This document shows positions 12,349 to 24,699 of a stretch of 64,000 nucleotides of DNA, piece by piece. How positions within the stretch are numbered: position 1 is the stretch's first letter; each line of letters starts with the position of its first letter. The stretch is from Octopus sinensis. Lineage: Eukaryota. The stretch lies in NCBI RefSeq assembly GCF_006345805.1, contig NC_043007.1:53382001-53446000 (forward strand), read 5' to 3'. The position numbers and the translations under genes are program-made. The notes beneath the pieces are model-generated. The model saw nothing but the letters and a program-made list of their open reading frames with translations, ran no database searches and was not told the DNA's origin.

Positions 12349-12534
12349 CGGAAATAAGATAAGATTAATATAAAAAATAAATAACACTGAAGCAAAATAA
12401 CATCAAATATATAGTGCGTGTGTTTTTTAGTCTCTAAACTGGCAAAATGACCATTCCGAAATATAACAATATATATTAGCCTCTGCACGCATTTTTTTCT
12501 CTCCTTGTTTCTTTCTGTGTTTCTTTTCTGTGTA

Positions 12535-12572
12535 TCTTTCTGTTGAAGAGCGTAGGCTCGAAACGTAAAAGA
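12535..12572 (+). ncRNA. Variant minimal hammerhead motif (CTGTTGA core)
   Basis: TCTTT-CTGTTGA-A-GAGC gtag GCTC-GAAA-CG-TA-AAAGA; perfect 5-bp stem I, ACGT palindromic stem III, A6 replaced by U. Confidence 0.45.
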
Positions 12573-12669
12573 CTTGTTTTATTTATATTCCTGAGCGCCA
12601 TACTAATACAATTGTTTGTTTGTATTCCACCTGCCTTCGTCTTTTGTTTATTTTCATAAAGCTTCCCGT

Positions 12670-12702
<33 letters not shown>

Positions 12703-13760
12703 ATGAGTTTGGCTAAGCGCAGTTCTTGGTGACCCACTTTTGGGTGTGGCGCCGGCACGTCTGGAAGAAAAGAGACAGTCCTTTGTTTACTGGGAGATTA
12801 ATGGGGTTTGGGAGGGACCTTTTGGCCTTGTGCGGTCGATTGGAGGTCGTCCTAGACACCTCTTGAGAAGAGGAAGAATCTAGCAGTAGAGAGAGAGATA
12901 GAGTATAAGGCTAGGGACAGATTGAGGATAAGATAGAGTAAGGAATCTAAGAGCGGATAGAGAGGATATTAGCAGTGAGAGAGGATGAGGGGGCAGAGGA
13001 GGACAGGCAGCCAGGGACTAGGGCAGATAGAGAGGGCAGTGGGAAGGGAGAGAGCAAGTGAGGTTTTGGGCAGTTGGTAGTCGGTCGTCAGAGAGCACAG
13101 ACGGATCTTGGAAGTCGGCAGGGAGTTGGAATTTTAGGAGCAAGCGATTGGGATGCGAGAGTTGGCAAGCTGGAGTTAGCAGTATTGAGAGAGAGATGAG
13201 GTGCAGTATGGGACATTGGCGATTCAATTAGGAATTAAGGTATTTGATTATGTATTGATACGTGTTACGATGTAAAAGAAAAGAAGAGAAAGAAGAGAGA
13301 AAAAGAAGGACTTTGACGTAGACGATAATGAACTTTGAATCGTAACGTGAATTGTTGTGATACGAACATTGTATAATGTATCGACGTGTTCTGATTGGAC
13401 TGTGACGTATCGTGAACATTATTTGATCTGAACTTGTTTGTGTATGAACACTGTTATATTGTTACATGCATGTTTAAATGCTTTGATCTGTTGTGGAGAT
13501 GTATTGAGTTGTCACATGCATGTTTCCTTTAAATGTATTTGATGTTGTAACAATTGATTGTCATAAACTGTTGTTAAATGTAAGCCAGTGTTGCCGTCTT
13601 GCCTCTGTATCTCTGTGCTGCTGCGGTTGTTGTTGTTGTGTATATCTCCTCTCACTCCTCTCTCCGACGAGTTTCCGTGGCTTATTCGCTGCATCGAACG
13701 GGCCTGTGTGAGGATTTCCGTAACAGTTTCGAATCGGAGGTCCCACCCTTACGTAACAAC

Positions 13761-13778
13761 TGGTGTCAGAAGTGGGAT
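13761..13778 (+). promoter_or_regulatory. Primer-binding site, tRNA-Leu(CAA)
   Basis: TGGTGTCAGAAGTGGGAT, complementary to ATCCCACTTCTGACA-CCA; repeated at 17913. Confidence 0.8.
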
Positions 13779-13818
13779 TATCCTGATTGCTGCGTTTCGA
13801 TCGGCTTTTTTTTTCGCT

Positions 13819-14445
13819 ATGGATTTGTCTGGTTGTCAGACCGGAGACGAGGAGATTTCGCTTGCCCTGATTGTGGAGATGTTGAGGGGCCAGATGGCGC
13901 AGATGGACGCATTCTTAGAAAGAATGGACAAGAGGCGACAGGGCCTGTGGGCAGATCAGCAGGAGCTTGAGGTTGCGGATGGGTCAGCTTTGGAGGATCG
14001 GTGTTGGACCGGGGATAGCGACGGTCTTGTGGGCAGAGATTGCCCGTCGAACGAAGCATCGAGTGAAACAGATAGTGAAGGAAGTGTTGCGGAACCTGGG
14101 TTGGTTGCCGAAATTTGTGATGCTGGACCGGTAGTGTTTGCGGAAACTGAAGCGTATGTTGCTGAGCCCGATGTTAAGGAAACCAAAGGGCCTGTTGAAG
14201 GTGTCATGGCTGATGCTGTTTTTCCGTGTCTGGAGCCCTTGGCATCTCGACCCCTGTCTCTCGGAGCTCGGGACGAAGAGCTGGCGAGGTCTGGGGCGGA
14301 TGTCGCTGAATCCGAGGTTCCGGCTCTGTGTGTAATGGTCGCGGCAGGTGTTATGCCGTATGCGGGTCCTTTGGTGTCTGGGCCCCTGTCTCTAGGGGCC
14401 CAGAAGGACTGTATGGTTCCCACTGTGGAGAGGCCACAGGCGTGA
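13819..14445 (+). CDS. 208-aa acidic ORF of the non-autonomous LTR element (gag N-terminus-like); identical ORF at 17971-18597
   Basis: First ATG after the PBS; N-terminal helix LIVEMLRGQMAQMDAFLERMDKRRQ followed by acidic low-complexity sequence; open in both copies. Confidence 0.45.
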   Translation: MDLSGCQTGDEEISLALIVEMLRGQMAQMDAFLERMDKRRQGLWADQQELEVADGSALEDRCWTGDSDGLVGRDCPSNEASSETDSEGSVAEPGLVAEICDAGPVVFAETEAYVAEPDVKETKGPVEGVMADAVFPCLEPLASRPLSLGARDEELARSGADVAESEVPALCVMVAAGVMPYAGPLVSGPLSLGAQKDCMVPTVERPQA

Positions 14446-14544
14446 ATTGACTGGCGGCCGAGCGTGCGTGTTGTGAGGCCTGCGGTGCGAAAGCTGGTGA
14501 GGAAAAGGACCAGGCCCGTTGACGAGGCGAGACGGCTATGAACG

Positions 14545-15612
14545 GTGGTGGGTCCACCAAGACCAGGAAGACTGCTTCAGCGTTGGGAGAGCTTTGTGGT
14601 TGATGGCTGCTTGGGGCCGGTGGAGCCCGACAGGCAGTGCATAGTAAAAGCTCAATTGAGGGTCGGGTGGACCCTAGTAGAAGCAGAAGCTGGCAGGGCG
14701 CTGGCTGGGTCGGCCGATCTTTTGGAAGTGGCACAGGCGATTTGTAGAAGGCAAATCGAGGAATCGTGCCAGATGGCGAACCAGTGGTGGGGCCAGTTCT
14801 GCCGATACGGCAACGCAATTCAAGGAGATGGTGGCCCACTGATGCAGTTGAGGAAGCGATCCGCAAGGAGTCGCTGGTGCTTGATTGGCACACGGGTTGG
14901 CTCTGTATTCGATGGTTGCGTGGGGCTGGTGGAGCACGACAGGCAGTGCAGAGTAAGAGCTCAATTGAGGGTCGGCTGGACCCTGGTGGAGGCAGAAGTT
15001 GACAGAGCGCTGGTTGGGTCGGCCGATTTATTGAAGGCTGCGCAGGCGATTTGCAGAGGGCAAATCGTGGAACTGCGCCGGACGGTGAACCAGCGGCGGG
15101 GTCAGTTCTGCCGGTGCAGTGATGCAGTTAAAGGAGATCGTGGTCCGCTGATGCAGTTGCGGAAGAGGCAACCGTTGGTGAGGAGCGCAGGACGTTGGTC
15201 GCGAAGGTTGTCAGAGGTTGGTCGCACGAACATGGCGGAGTGCTTCATCAACCAAGGCGGTCGTCGCTTGAGGAAGAAGCGAGGCCGGAGGAAGGTCCCA
15301 GTACAGCAGCGCAAGAGGAGATATCGGCGACGGGGAACAGTGGAAAAGCGGAATGGTCCCTGGTCGTCGGCGATAATTGCGCGGAATGGGGATGGCACAG
15401 CGAGATACTACGTGGGATATAGAGCCCTGAGGAAGGTGGCCACTGTGAAGGATTGGCCGGACCCTGCCTGTGTAAGGGATTTGAGGAACTTCCTCGGACG
15501 GTGCGCCTTTTGTAGACGGCTAGTAGGAAGCCTGGCGGCCTTGGCAGAGGTGTTACCCAAGCCGCAGAGGGAAGGTGCCAACCTGTGGCTGGTGCTGAAG
15601 TGGTGGCCTTGA
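14545..15612 (+). pseudogene. ORF with duplicated gag-C-terminal-like module plus RT remnants
   Basis: 86-aa module at 14602 and 14911 (103-codon period); GPWSSAIIARNGDGTARYYVGYRAL fused to VKDWPDPACVRDLRNFLGRCAFCRRL (RT start joined to RT connection region). Confidence 0.7.
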
Positions 15613-16848
15613 AGGTGAGACCCCGGGAGGAGAAACCACCCGAGGGGACCTCCAGTTCCTGGAGCGTCTGCTGGAGCTCGCCCTCGGAGCTGCGGGTTTG
15701 TTATGCTTTTGTCGGGTCGACAAAGCTTAGGTAGGGGGTAGTGTTATGAGTTTGGCTAAGCGCAGTTCTTGGTGACCCACTTTTGGGTGTGGCGCCGGCA
15801 CGTCTGGAAGAAAAGAGACAGTCCTTTGTTTACTGGGAGATTAATGGGGTTTGGGAGGGACCTTTTGGCCTTGTGCGGTCGATTGGAGGTCGTCCTAGAC
15901 ACCCCTTGAAGAAGAGGAAGAATCTAGCAGTAGTGAGAGAGATAGAGTATAAGGCTAAGGGACAGATTGAGGATAAAGATAGAGTAAGGAATCTAAGAGC
16001 GGATAGAGAGGATATTAGCAGTGAGAGAGGATGAGGGGGCAGAGGAGGACAGGCAGCCAGGGACTAGGGCAGATAGAGAGGGCAGTGGGAAGGGAGAGAG
16101 CAAGTGAGGTTTTGGGCAGTTGGTAGTCGGTCGTCAGAGAGCACAGACGGATCTTGGAAGTCGGCAGGGAGTTGGAATTTTAGGAGCAAGCGATTGGGAT
16201 GCGAGAGTTGGCAAGCTGGAGTTAGCAGTATTGAGAGAGAGATGAGGTGCAGTATGGGACATTGGCGATTCAATTAGGAATTAAGGTATTTGATTATGTA
16301 TTGATACGTGTTACGATGTAAAAGAAAAGAAGAGAAAGAAGAGAGAAAAAGAAGGACTTTGACGTAGACGATAATGAACTTTGAATCGTAACGTGAATTG
16401 TTGTGATACGAACATTGTATAATGTATCGACGTGTTCTGATTGGACTGTGACGTATCGTGAACATTATTTGATCTGAACTTGTTTGTGTATGAACACTGT
16501 TATATTGTTACATGCATGTTTAAATGCTTTGATCTGTTGTGGAGATGTATTGAGTTGTCACATGCATGTTTCCTTTAAATGTATTTGATGTTGTAACAAT
16601 TGATGTCATAAACTGTTGTTAATGTAAGCCAGTGTTGCCGTCTTGCCTCTGTATCTCTGTGCTGCTGCGGTTGTTGTTGTTGTTGTGTATATCTCCTCTC
16701 TCTCTCCTCTCTCCGACGAGTTTCCGTGGCTTATTCGCTGCATCGAACGGGCCTGTGTGAGGATTTCCGTAACAGTTTCGAATCGGAGGTCCCACCCTTA
16801 CGTAACAATATATATATATATATATATATAATATATATATATATATAT

Positions 16849-19800
16849 TGTTATGAGTTTGGCTAAGCGCAGTTCTTGGTGACCCACTTTTGGGTGTGGC
16901 GCCGGCACGTCTGGAAGAAAAGAGACAGTCCTTTGTTTACTGGGAGATTAATGGGGTTTGGGAGGGACCTTTTGGCCTTGTGCGGTCGATTGGAGGTCGT
17001 CCTAGACACCTCTTGAAGAAGAGGAAGAATCTAGCAGTAGAGAGAGAGATAGAGTATAAGGCTAAGGGACAGATTGAGGATAAAGATAGAGTAAGGAATC
17101 TAAGAGCGGATAGAGAGGATATTAGCAGTGAGAGAGGATGAGGGGGCAGAGGAGGCCAGGCAGCCAGGGACTAGGGCAGATAGAGAGGGCAGTGGGAAGG
17201 GAGAGAGCAAGTGAGGTTTTGGGCAGTTGGTAGTCGGTCGTCAGAGAGCACAGACGGATCTTGGAAGTCGGCAGGGAGTTGGAATTTTAGGAGCAAGCGA
17301 TTGGGATGCGAGAGTTGGCAAGCTGGAGTTAGCAGTATTGAGAGAGAGATGAGGTGCAGTATGGGACATTGGCGATTCAATTAGGATTAAGGTATTTGAT
17401 TATGTATTGATACGTGTTACGATGTAAAAGAAAAGAAGAGAAAGAAGAGAGAAAAAGAAGGACTTTGACGTAGACGATAATGAACTTTGAATCGTAACGT
17501 GAATTGTTGTGATACGAACATTGTATAATGTATCGACGTGTTCTGATTGGACTGTGACGTATCGTGAACATTATTTGATCTGAACTTGTTTGTGTATGAA
17601 CACTGTTATATTGTTACATGCATGTTTAAATGCTTTGATCTGTTGTGGAGATGTATTGAGTTGTCACATGCATGTTTCCTTTAAATGTATTTGATGTTGT
17701 AACAATTGATTGTCATAAACTGTTGTTAAATGTAAGCCAGTGTTGCCGTCTTGCCTCTGTATCTCTGTGCTGCTGCGGTTGTTGTTGTTGTGTATATCTC
17801 CTCTCACTCCTCTCTCCGACGAGTTTCCGTGGCTTATTCGCTGCATCGAACGGGCCTGTGTGAGGATTTCCGTAACAGTTTCGAATCGGAGGTCCCACCC
17901 TTACGTAACAACTGGTGTCAGAAGTGGGATTATCCTGATTGCTGCGTTTCGATCGGCTTTTTTTTTCGCTATGGATTTGTCTGGTTGTCAGACCGGAGAC
18001 GAGGAGATTTCGCTTGCCCTGATTGTGGAGATGTTGAGGGGCCAGATGGCGCAGATGGACGCATTCTTAGAAAGAATGGACAAGAGGCGACAGGGCCTGT
18101 GGGCAGATCAGCAGGAGCTTGAGGTTGCGGATGGGTCAGCTTTGGAGGATCGGTGTTGGACCGGGGATAGCGACGGTCTTGTGGGCAGAGATTGCCCGTC
18201 GAACGAAGCATCGAGTGAAACAGATAGTGAAGGAAGTGTTGCGGAACCTGGGTTGGTTGCCGAAATTTGTGATGCTGGACCGGTAGTGTTTGCGGAAACT
18301 GAAGCGTATGTTGCTGAGCCCGATGTTAAGGAAACCAAAGGGCCTGTTGAAGGTGTCATGGCTGATGCTGTTTTTCCGTGTCTGGAGCCCTTGGCATCTC
18401 GACCCCTGTCTCTCGGAGCTCGGGACGAAGAGCTGGCGAGGTCTGGGGCGGATGTCGCTGAATCCGAGGTTCCGGCTCTGTGTGTAATGGTCGCGGCAGG
18501 TGTTATGCCGTATGCGGGTCCTTTGGTGTCTGGGCCCCTGTCTCTAGGGGCCCAGAAGGACTGTATGGTTCCCACTGTGGAGAGGCCACAGGCGTGAATT
18601 GACTGGCGGCCGAGCGTGCGTGTTGTGAGGCCTGCGGTGCGAAAGCTGGTGAGGAAAAGGACCAGGCCCGTTGACGAGGCGAGACGGCTATGAACGGTGG
18701 TGGGTCCACCAGACCAGGAAGACTGCTTCAGCGTTGGAGAGCTTTGTGGTTGATGGCTGCTTGGGGCCGGTGGAGCCCGACAGGCAGTGCATAGTAAAAG
18801 CTCAATTGAGGGTCGGGTGGACCCTAGTAGAAGCAGAAGCTGGCAGGGCGCTGGCTGGGTCGGCCGATCTTTTGGAAGTGGCACAGGCGATTTGTAGAAG
18901 GCAAATCGAGGAATCGTGCCAGATGGCGAACCAGTGGTGGGGCCAGTTCTGCCGATACGGCAACGCAATTCAAGGAGATGGTGGCCCACTGATGCAGTTG
19001 AGGAAGCGATCCGCAAGGAGTCGCTGGTGCTTGATTGGCACACGGGTTGGCTCTGTATTCGATGGTTGCGTGGGGCTGGTGGAGCACGACAGGCAGTGCA
19101 GAGTAAGAGCTCAATTGAGGGTCGGCTGGACCCTGGTGGAGGCAGAAGTTGACAGAGCGCTGGTTGGGTCGGCCGATTTATTGAAGGCTGCGCAGGCGAT
19201 TTGCAGAGGGCAAATCGTGGAACTGCGCCGGACGGTGAACCAGCGGCGGGGTCAGTTCTGCCGGTGCAGTGATGCAGTTAAAGGAGATCGTGGTCCACTG
19301 ATGCAGTTGCGGAAGAGGCAACCGTTGGTGAGGAGCGCAGGACGTTGGTCGCGAAGGTTGTCAGAGGTTGGTCGCACGAACATGGCGGAGTGCTTCATCA
19401 ACCAAGGCGGTCGTCGCTTGAGAAGAAGCGAGGCCGGAGGAAGGTCCCAGTACAGCAGCGCAAGAGGAGATATCGGCGACGGGGAACAGTGGAAAAGCGG
19501 AATGGTCCTGGTCGTCGGCGATAATTGCGCGGAATGGGGATGGCACAGCGAGATACTACGTGGGATTAGAGCCCTGAGGAAGGTGGCCACTGTGAAGGAT
19601 TGGCCGGACCCTGCCTGTGTAAGGGATTTGAGGAACTTCCTCGGACGGTGCGCCTTTTGTAGACGGCTAGTAGGAAGCCTGGCGGCCTTGGCAGAGGTGT
19701 TACCCAAGCCGCAGAGGGAAGGTGCCAACCTGTGGCTGGTGCTGAAGTGGTGGCCTTGAAGGTGAGACCCCGGGAGGAGAAACCACCCGAGGGGACCTCC

Positions 19801-20948
19801 AGTTCCTGGAGCGTCTGCTGGAGCTCGCCCTCGGAGCTGCGGGTTTGTTATGCTTTTGTCGGGTCGACAAAGCTTAGGTAGGGGGTAGTGTTATGAGTTT
19901 GGCTAAGCGCAGTTCTTGGTGACCCACTTTTGGGTGTGGCGCCGGCACGTCTGGAAGAAAAGAGACAGTCCTTTGTTTACTGGGAGATTAATGGGGTTTG
20001 GGAGGGACCTTTTGGCCTTGTGCGGTCGATTGGAGGTCGTCCTAGACACCCCTTGAAGAAGAGGAAGAATCTAGCAGTAGTGAGAGAGATAGAGTATAAG
20101 GCTAAGGGACAGATTGAGGATAAAGATAGAGTAAGGAATCTAAGAGCGGATAGAGAGGATATTAGCAGTGAGAGAGGATGAGGGGGCAGAGGAGGACAGG
20201 CAGCCAGGGACTAGGGCAGATAGAGAGGGCAGTGGGAAGGGAGAGAGCAAGTGAGGTTTTGGGCAGTGGTAGTCGGTCGTCAGAGAGCACAGACGGATCT
20301 TGGAAGTCGGCAGGGAGTTGGAATTTTAGGAGCAAGCGATTGGGATGCGAGAGTTGGCAAGCTGGAGTTAGCAGTATTGAGAGAGAGATGAGGTGCAGTA
20401 TGGGACATTGGCGATTCAATTAGGAATTAAGGTATTTGATTATGTATTGATACGTGTTACGATGTAAAAGAAAAGAAGAGAAAGAAGAGAGAAAAAGAAG
20501 GACTTTGACGTAGACGATAATGAACTTTGAATCGTAACGTGAATTGTTGTGATACGAACATTGTATAATGTATCGACGTGTTCTGATGGACTGTGACGTA
20601 TCGTGAACATTATTTGATCTGAACTTGTTTGTGTATGAACACTGTTATATTGTTACATGCATGTTTAAATGCTTTGATCTGTTGTGGAGATGTATTGAGT
20701 TGTCACATGCATGTTTCCTTTAAATGTATTTGATGTTGTAACAATTGATTGTCATAAACTGTTGTTAAATGTAAGCCAGTGTTGCCGTCTTGCCTCTGTA
20801 TCTCTGTGCTGCTGCGGTTGTTGTTGTTGTTGTGTATATCTCCTCTCTCTCCTCTCTCCGACGAGTTTCCGTGGCTTATTCGCTGCATCGAACGGGCCTG
20901 TGTGAGGATTTCCGTAACAGTTTCGAATCGGAGGTCCCACCCTTACGT

Positions 20949-20952
<4 letters not shown>
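16849..20952 (+). mobile_element. Non-autonomous Gypsy-derived LTR element, copy 2
   Basis: LTRs 16849-17910 and 19889-20952; near-identical to copy 1 at an offset of ~4150 bp, separated by ~41 bp (TA)n. Confidence 0.9.
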
Positions 20953-21034
<82 letters not shown>

Positions 21035-21183
21035 GTATACTGTCAACTTAACGTGACAGTAGGGAATTACACCACCGCTGTTAGCCCTAGGAAGCATCGA
21101 CGCTTCCTGTCGGCCTCAACACATTTCCTGTGTCCTTATATATTTACGAAGGGGAGACAAATACCCCAACAACTAGGCCTGCA

Positions 21184-21230
21184 TCTAGAGACACGCATGT
21201 TTCTGGGTCTTTGCCCATCATCGGTCTAGA
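21184..21230 (-). ncRNA. Type-I hammerhead motif (CCGATGA core) in a PLE-type terminal fragment
   Basis: Minus: TCTAGA-CCGATGA-TGGG caaaga CCCA-GAAA-CATGCGTG-TC-TCTAGA; 6-bp stem I extendable by CTGC/GCAG and AGGC/GCCT; GUC site. Confidence 0.6.
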
Positions 21231-21557
21231 GTAGCAGAGGCCTGCTAGATGAAGATGAAATCTTTATTAAAATCGTGCGACATCACAAGACAAACAATTA
21301 CAAAGAATGTTATGAGAGTTCGAATGATACTTAAAAATTATAAAAATTTAATTATAATGTAACATGAACGAAAACTTGGCTTACTTTTGCCTTTATAAAG
21401 AGAACTTTAGTGCGTGTTGTTTTATTTAAAAAAAAAACAAAAAAATCATTAGACATTATAACATATGTAAAATGAAAAGGAATGGGAAGTGCCGGTTTCG
21501 AATTTTGAACCCGGCAGCCTATAAGGCCCAGCAACTAATTTTTCCTTTTTTCGATGA

Positions 21558-24500
21558 TTAAGCTGGGTTACTAACACCCACCTTTCTCATCACACCCTTC
21601 CAATGTTTCATATACTCTTTCTGTGGCAGGCTCCTCTTCTCCAACCCCATCTTGCTCTTCAGATGATATCTGAAGTATTTTAACAAACCGGGGCCAGAGA
21701 CAAAGGACCCTGTCACTAAACCTTCCATTCTGGTTCTCCACTCACACTCTTTCAGAACTGCCACCGTACAGTAAAAACAAGCCCTACCTTCCTTTGAGAG
21801 TCCAGTTGGCGGTATCATCTTTATCATAGATCCAGCTGACAGCTGTACTCGTCCCAGATGCGACAACACGTGTTCAACGTAACTTATCAAGCTTGACAGC
21901 TCCCAACATTGTACAAAAGCGTGTTGAACGGTTTCATCGTCCAACCCACATCTTGGACACGTCGGTGGCACTGACATTCCGTGCCTGGATAACTTATCGC
22001 GAACAGGTAATGCATTCCTATAGCACTGCCAGGTCAGGGATTTTTAGTAATTGTCCAAATACCCCGGCCTGAAAGTCTTCTTAAACAGGTTGGAGAGTTG
22101 ATTCTCATCGAACCCCAGAGCCCCTCCTAGGACGTCGTCATTTTTTGCCTCAACCAGCCCTCTATAGAACACCGAGGTGGTATTCTCGCTGCCGGCCTTG
22201 CCCACCTTGTGGATCAGCCAGAGTGCCTGTCGGCGCTCCTTCTGCCATAAAGTCAGATTACGTCTTTTAATGAAACCGGGTTTCATTAGAGGCCGGTCGC
22301 GGGAAGAATTCCTCTGCCAGCGGACTCCACACCTTATCACCCTCCAGGTGACACCAGAGATGTCTCAGCCTCAACGCATGCCTGCGCATCATTAGCCAAG
22401 GCACCCCAGCCCTCCCTTTAGCGGTTCCTGGCAACACACGGAGCGTCTCACAAGGGGCTTTCCTCCCCTCCACAAAAAGCGGAAAAGGAGTCGTTCTAAC
22501 TTGCTTAACCACGAATCGGGGCAGGGCACGACTGTCAGGCGGTAGGTGATGACAGAGGCTATAAACATCTGTACCACCTCCGCCCTCCCTTTCAAGGAAA
22601 GATGCTTTCCGGACCACTTCCGTATTATAGCTTCTACCTTGTTCGCTACCTCGCTCCAATTCTTCTCCGTCTGGGAGTCTGGACCAAACCAAACTCCGAG
22701 CAATTTAACAGGACCATCTGTCCAGTGTCCAACAACACTGGACAATATCGGCTTGTTCCTCCAGGTACCGAGGCGCAAACCGGTGGACTTGTCCTTGTTA
22801 ACTTTTGCCCCTGCCACCGCTTCGTATCTTCGGAGAGCACCTTCTACACGAGTTAGCTGTGCTTCGTTGGACACGATGAGGGTGACGTCATCCGCATAGG
22901 CAGAAACAGACTTACCGCATCCGATTTCATTAGGGTTGCCTCCCAACTTCTCCAACTTCCGCAGCAATGGCTCAAGAGCCAAAACATACAGGAGCGGGGA
23001 CAAGGGACACCCTTGACGAACTGAACGCTTAATCGAAAACGGCTCCGTTAGGTAACCGTTTATCTGGACTATGGATTTGATGCCGCTGTACATAGCTGAG
23101 ATTCACACGCAAAAGCCAGGGCCCAGCCCAGCCGCCAAGTACCGATGGTCTACCCTATCGAACTCTTTACTTTGGTCTAAATGGACCAATGCCCCTCCTT
23201 TGCCGGCTAATTTCCCGACCCTGTCTATAGTGTAGCGGAGAAGGTGAAGATTATCCTGGATCGACCTGCCTGGGATTGCACATGTCTGTGCCTTCCCGAT
23301 AAGTTGGCCAAAATCTTAAACTCTACATTAAGTAGAGTTATGGGCCTATAATTACTAATACTATCCCCCTTGTTCGGGTCACAACTCCCCGGCTCACAGA
23401 ATTGGGAATCCTCTCATTCTGTTGCCAGTTCGCATAGACTCCCGCCAGTATATCTCCGAACAAGTCCGGCATACAACAATAGAACTCATAATTCTAACCC
23501 CGGCGCAACCGGCCATAACCTCTCTTACCTCCGCGGGAGAGATCGATCCTTCACAGCATTCCGCCTCACGTGTCGAGAGCCGCGGCCCACCTTTAAGGCC
23601 TCCCCTCGCTCGAGCGGACCGCCATCCCCAAACAACCGGGCGAAACGCTGGTGAAGGACCTTCTGCATCTCCTCCTGTCCATAGATCTTGCGACCCTGCT
23701 CATCAGTTAAAGACTTAATACAAGACTTTTTGCCCTTCTGACTCTCCTCACGACGGGCCCATCCGGCAACATTAATACCTTCTCGTTTCCCTGCACGTAA
23801 TTTAGCTCTGACTCTACACCCCTCATGCTTGGCTTTGAGGTGACGGTACAAGACCGTTCTCGCTGCTAACACTCCAGATGCACAGCCAGATTCCATTGCC
23901 TCGTCTAAGTTCTTAACTAATTCGCCCTCTATTCTAGTCCTATCTTAACTTAGCTGCTTGCTAAATCTAATGGAATCCAAGCGGATAGCTCTTTTGAGGG
24001 CGAGCCACCATCTATTATTAATGATGGTGCCACTTAATGCCCTCTGGACTAATTCCTTTATCCGGGTACGGAAAGCTTCACAAGTCAAAATAGACTTGTT
24101 CATTTTCCAGTACCCGGGACCCTGTCTATGGCATTTATCTATCTGTACCTCACACGTCACAAGTTTGTGATCCGTGTAAGGCACAACAGAAAATTGTGGA
24201 CAGCTAACGCTATGCCTATCTCGTTCCTTAACAAATACCGTATCTATATACGATCTGCGTGAGCCGTCGTTGTTACTCCACGTCCACTGTGGAACGTTCG
24301 GCTCCTCCAGTCAAAAACGGTCTACTAGATTAAAGCTCGCTAGTAGAGCCTTGAGGCAAGGATTCCCTTTTCTATCGTTCGAGCCTACACTATCAACCCG
24401 CGCATCGAGAATAGTGTTGAAGTCCCCTACCAAGACTACCGTTTTAGACGTCACTAAAAAGTGCTCCAGGTCCCGATAAAAACCGGTCTGCCCACAACCA

Positions 24501-24690
24501 TTAGGAGCATAGACAGCTACCAACCTGAAGGACTGCTTACTCACGTGAGTCACATCTAGGACAACCAGCCTACCTTCTGGGTCTAGAAAGACAGTACTTA
24601 CCTGTAAGTCTAAGTTCTTCCTGATAAGGACTGCCACGCCTGCACCTCCCCCTCGGCTAGGAGAAATAAATTTCTCGTAACCATTGAGGG
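21558..24690 (-). mobile_element. L1/Tx1-clade LINE ORF2 (EN-RT-zf), 5'-truncated and frameshifted
   Basis: EN: VAVYAPN, VLVGDFN, SYID, TDHK, GPGYWKMN; RT: NYRPITLLN.EFKILA, LDQSKEFDRVDH, RQGCPLSPLLY, AYADD, VKLLGVWF; C-terminal CPRC....ETVQHAFVQC. Confidence 0.9.
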
Positions 24691-24699
24691 TGATAGGAG

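Larger units (their letters stand above)
11888..12670 (+). mobile_element. Cluster of Penelope-type terminal-repeat (pLTR) fragments
   Basis: Three hammerhead-like motifs, shared GAAGAGC..GCTCGAAACGT..TTCCTGAGCGCC blocks, and a 48-bp inverted repeat 11888-11935/12313-12360, interleaved with (TA)n. Confidence 0.55.
12699..16807 (+). mobile_element. Non-autonomous Gypsy-derived LTR element (LARD-like), copy 1
   Basis: LTRs 12699-13758 and 15742-16807 (TGTTA...TAACA); PBS 13761-13778; PPT AGGTAGGGGGTAG 15729-15741; only gag-like and RT remnants inside, no YxDD, RNase H or integrase. Confidence 0.9.

Noticed and set aside
13018-20940. Repeated short ORFs in the LTRs and antisense ORFs over the GC-rich interior
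   Set aside because: They recur only because the LTRs are repeated; no domain motifs; expected in GC-rich antisense frames
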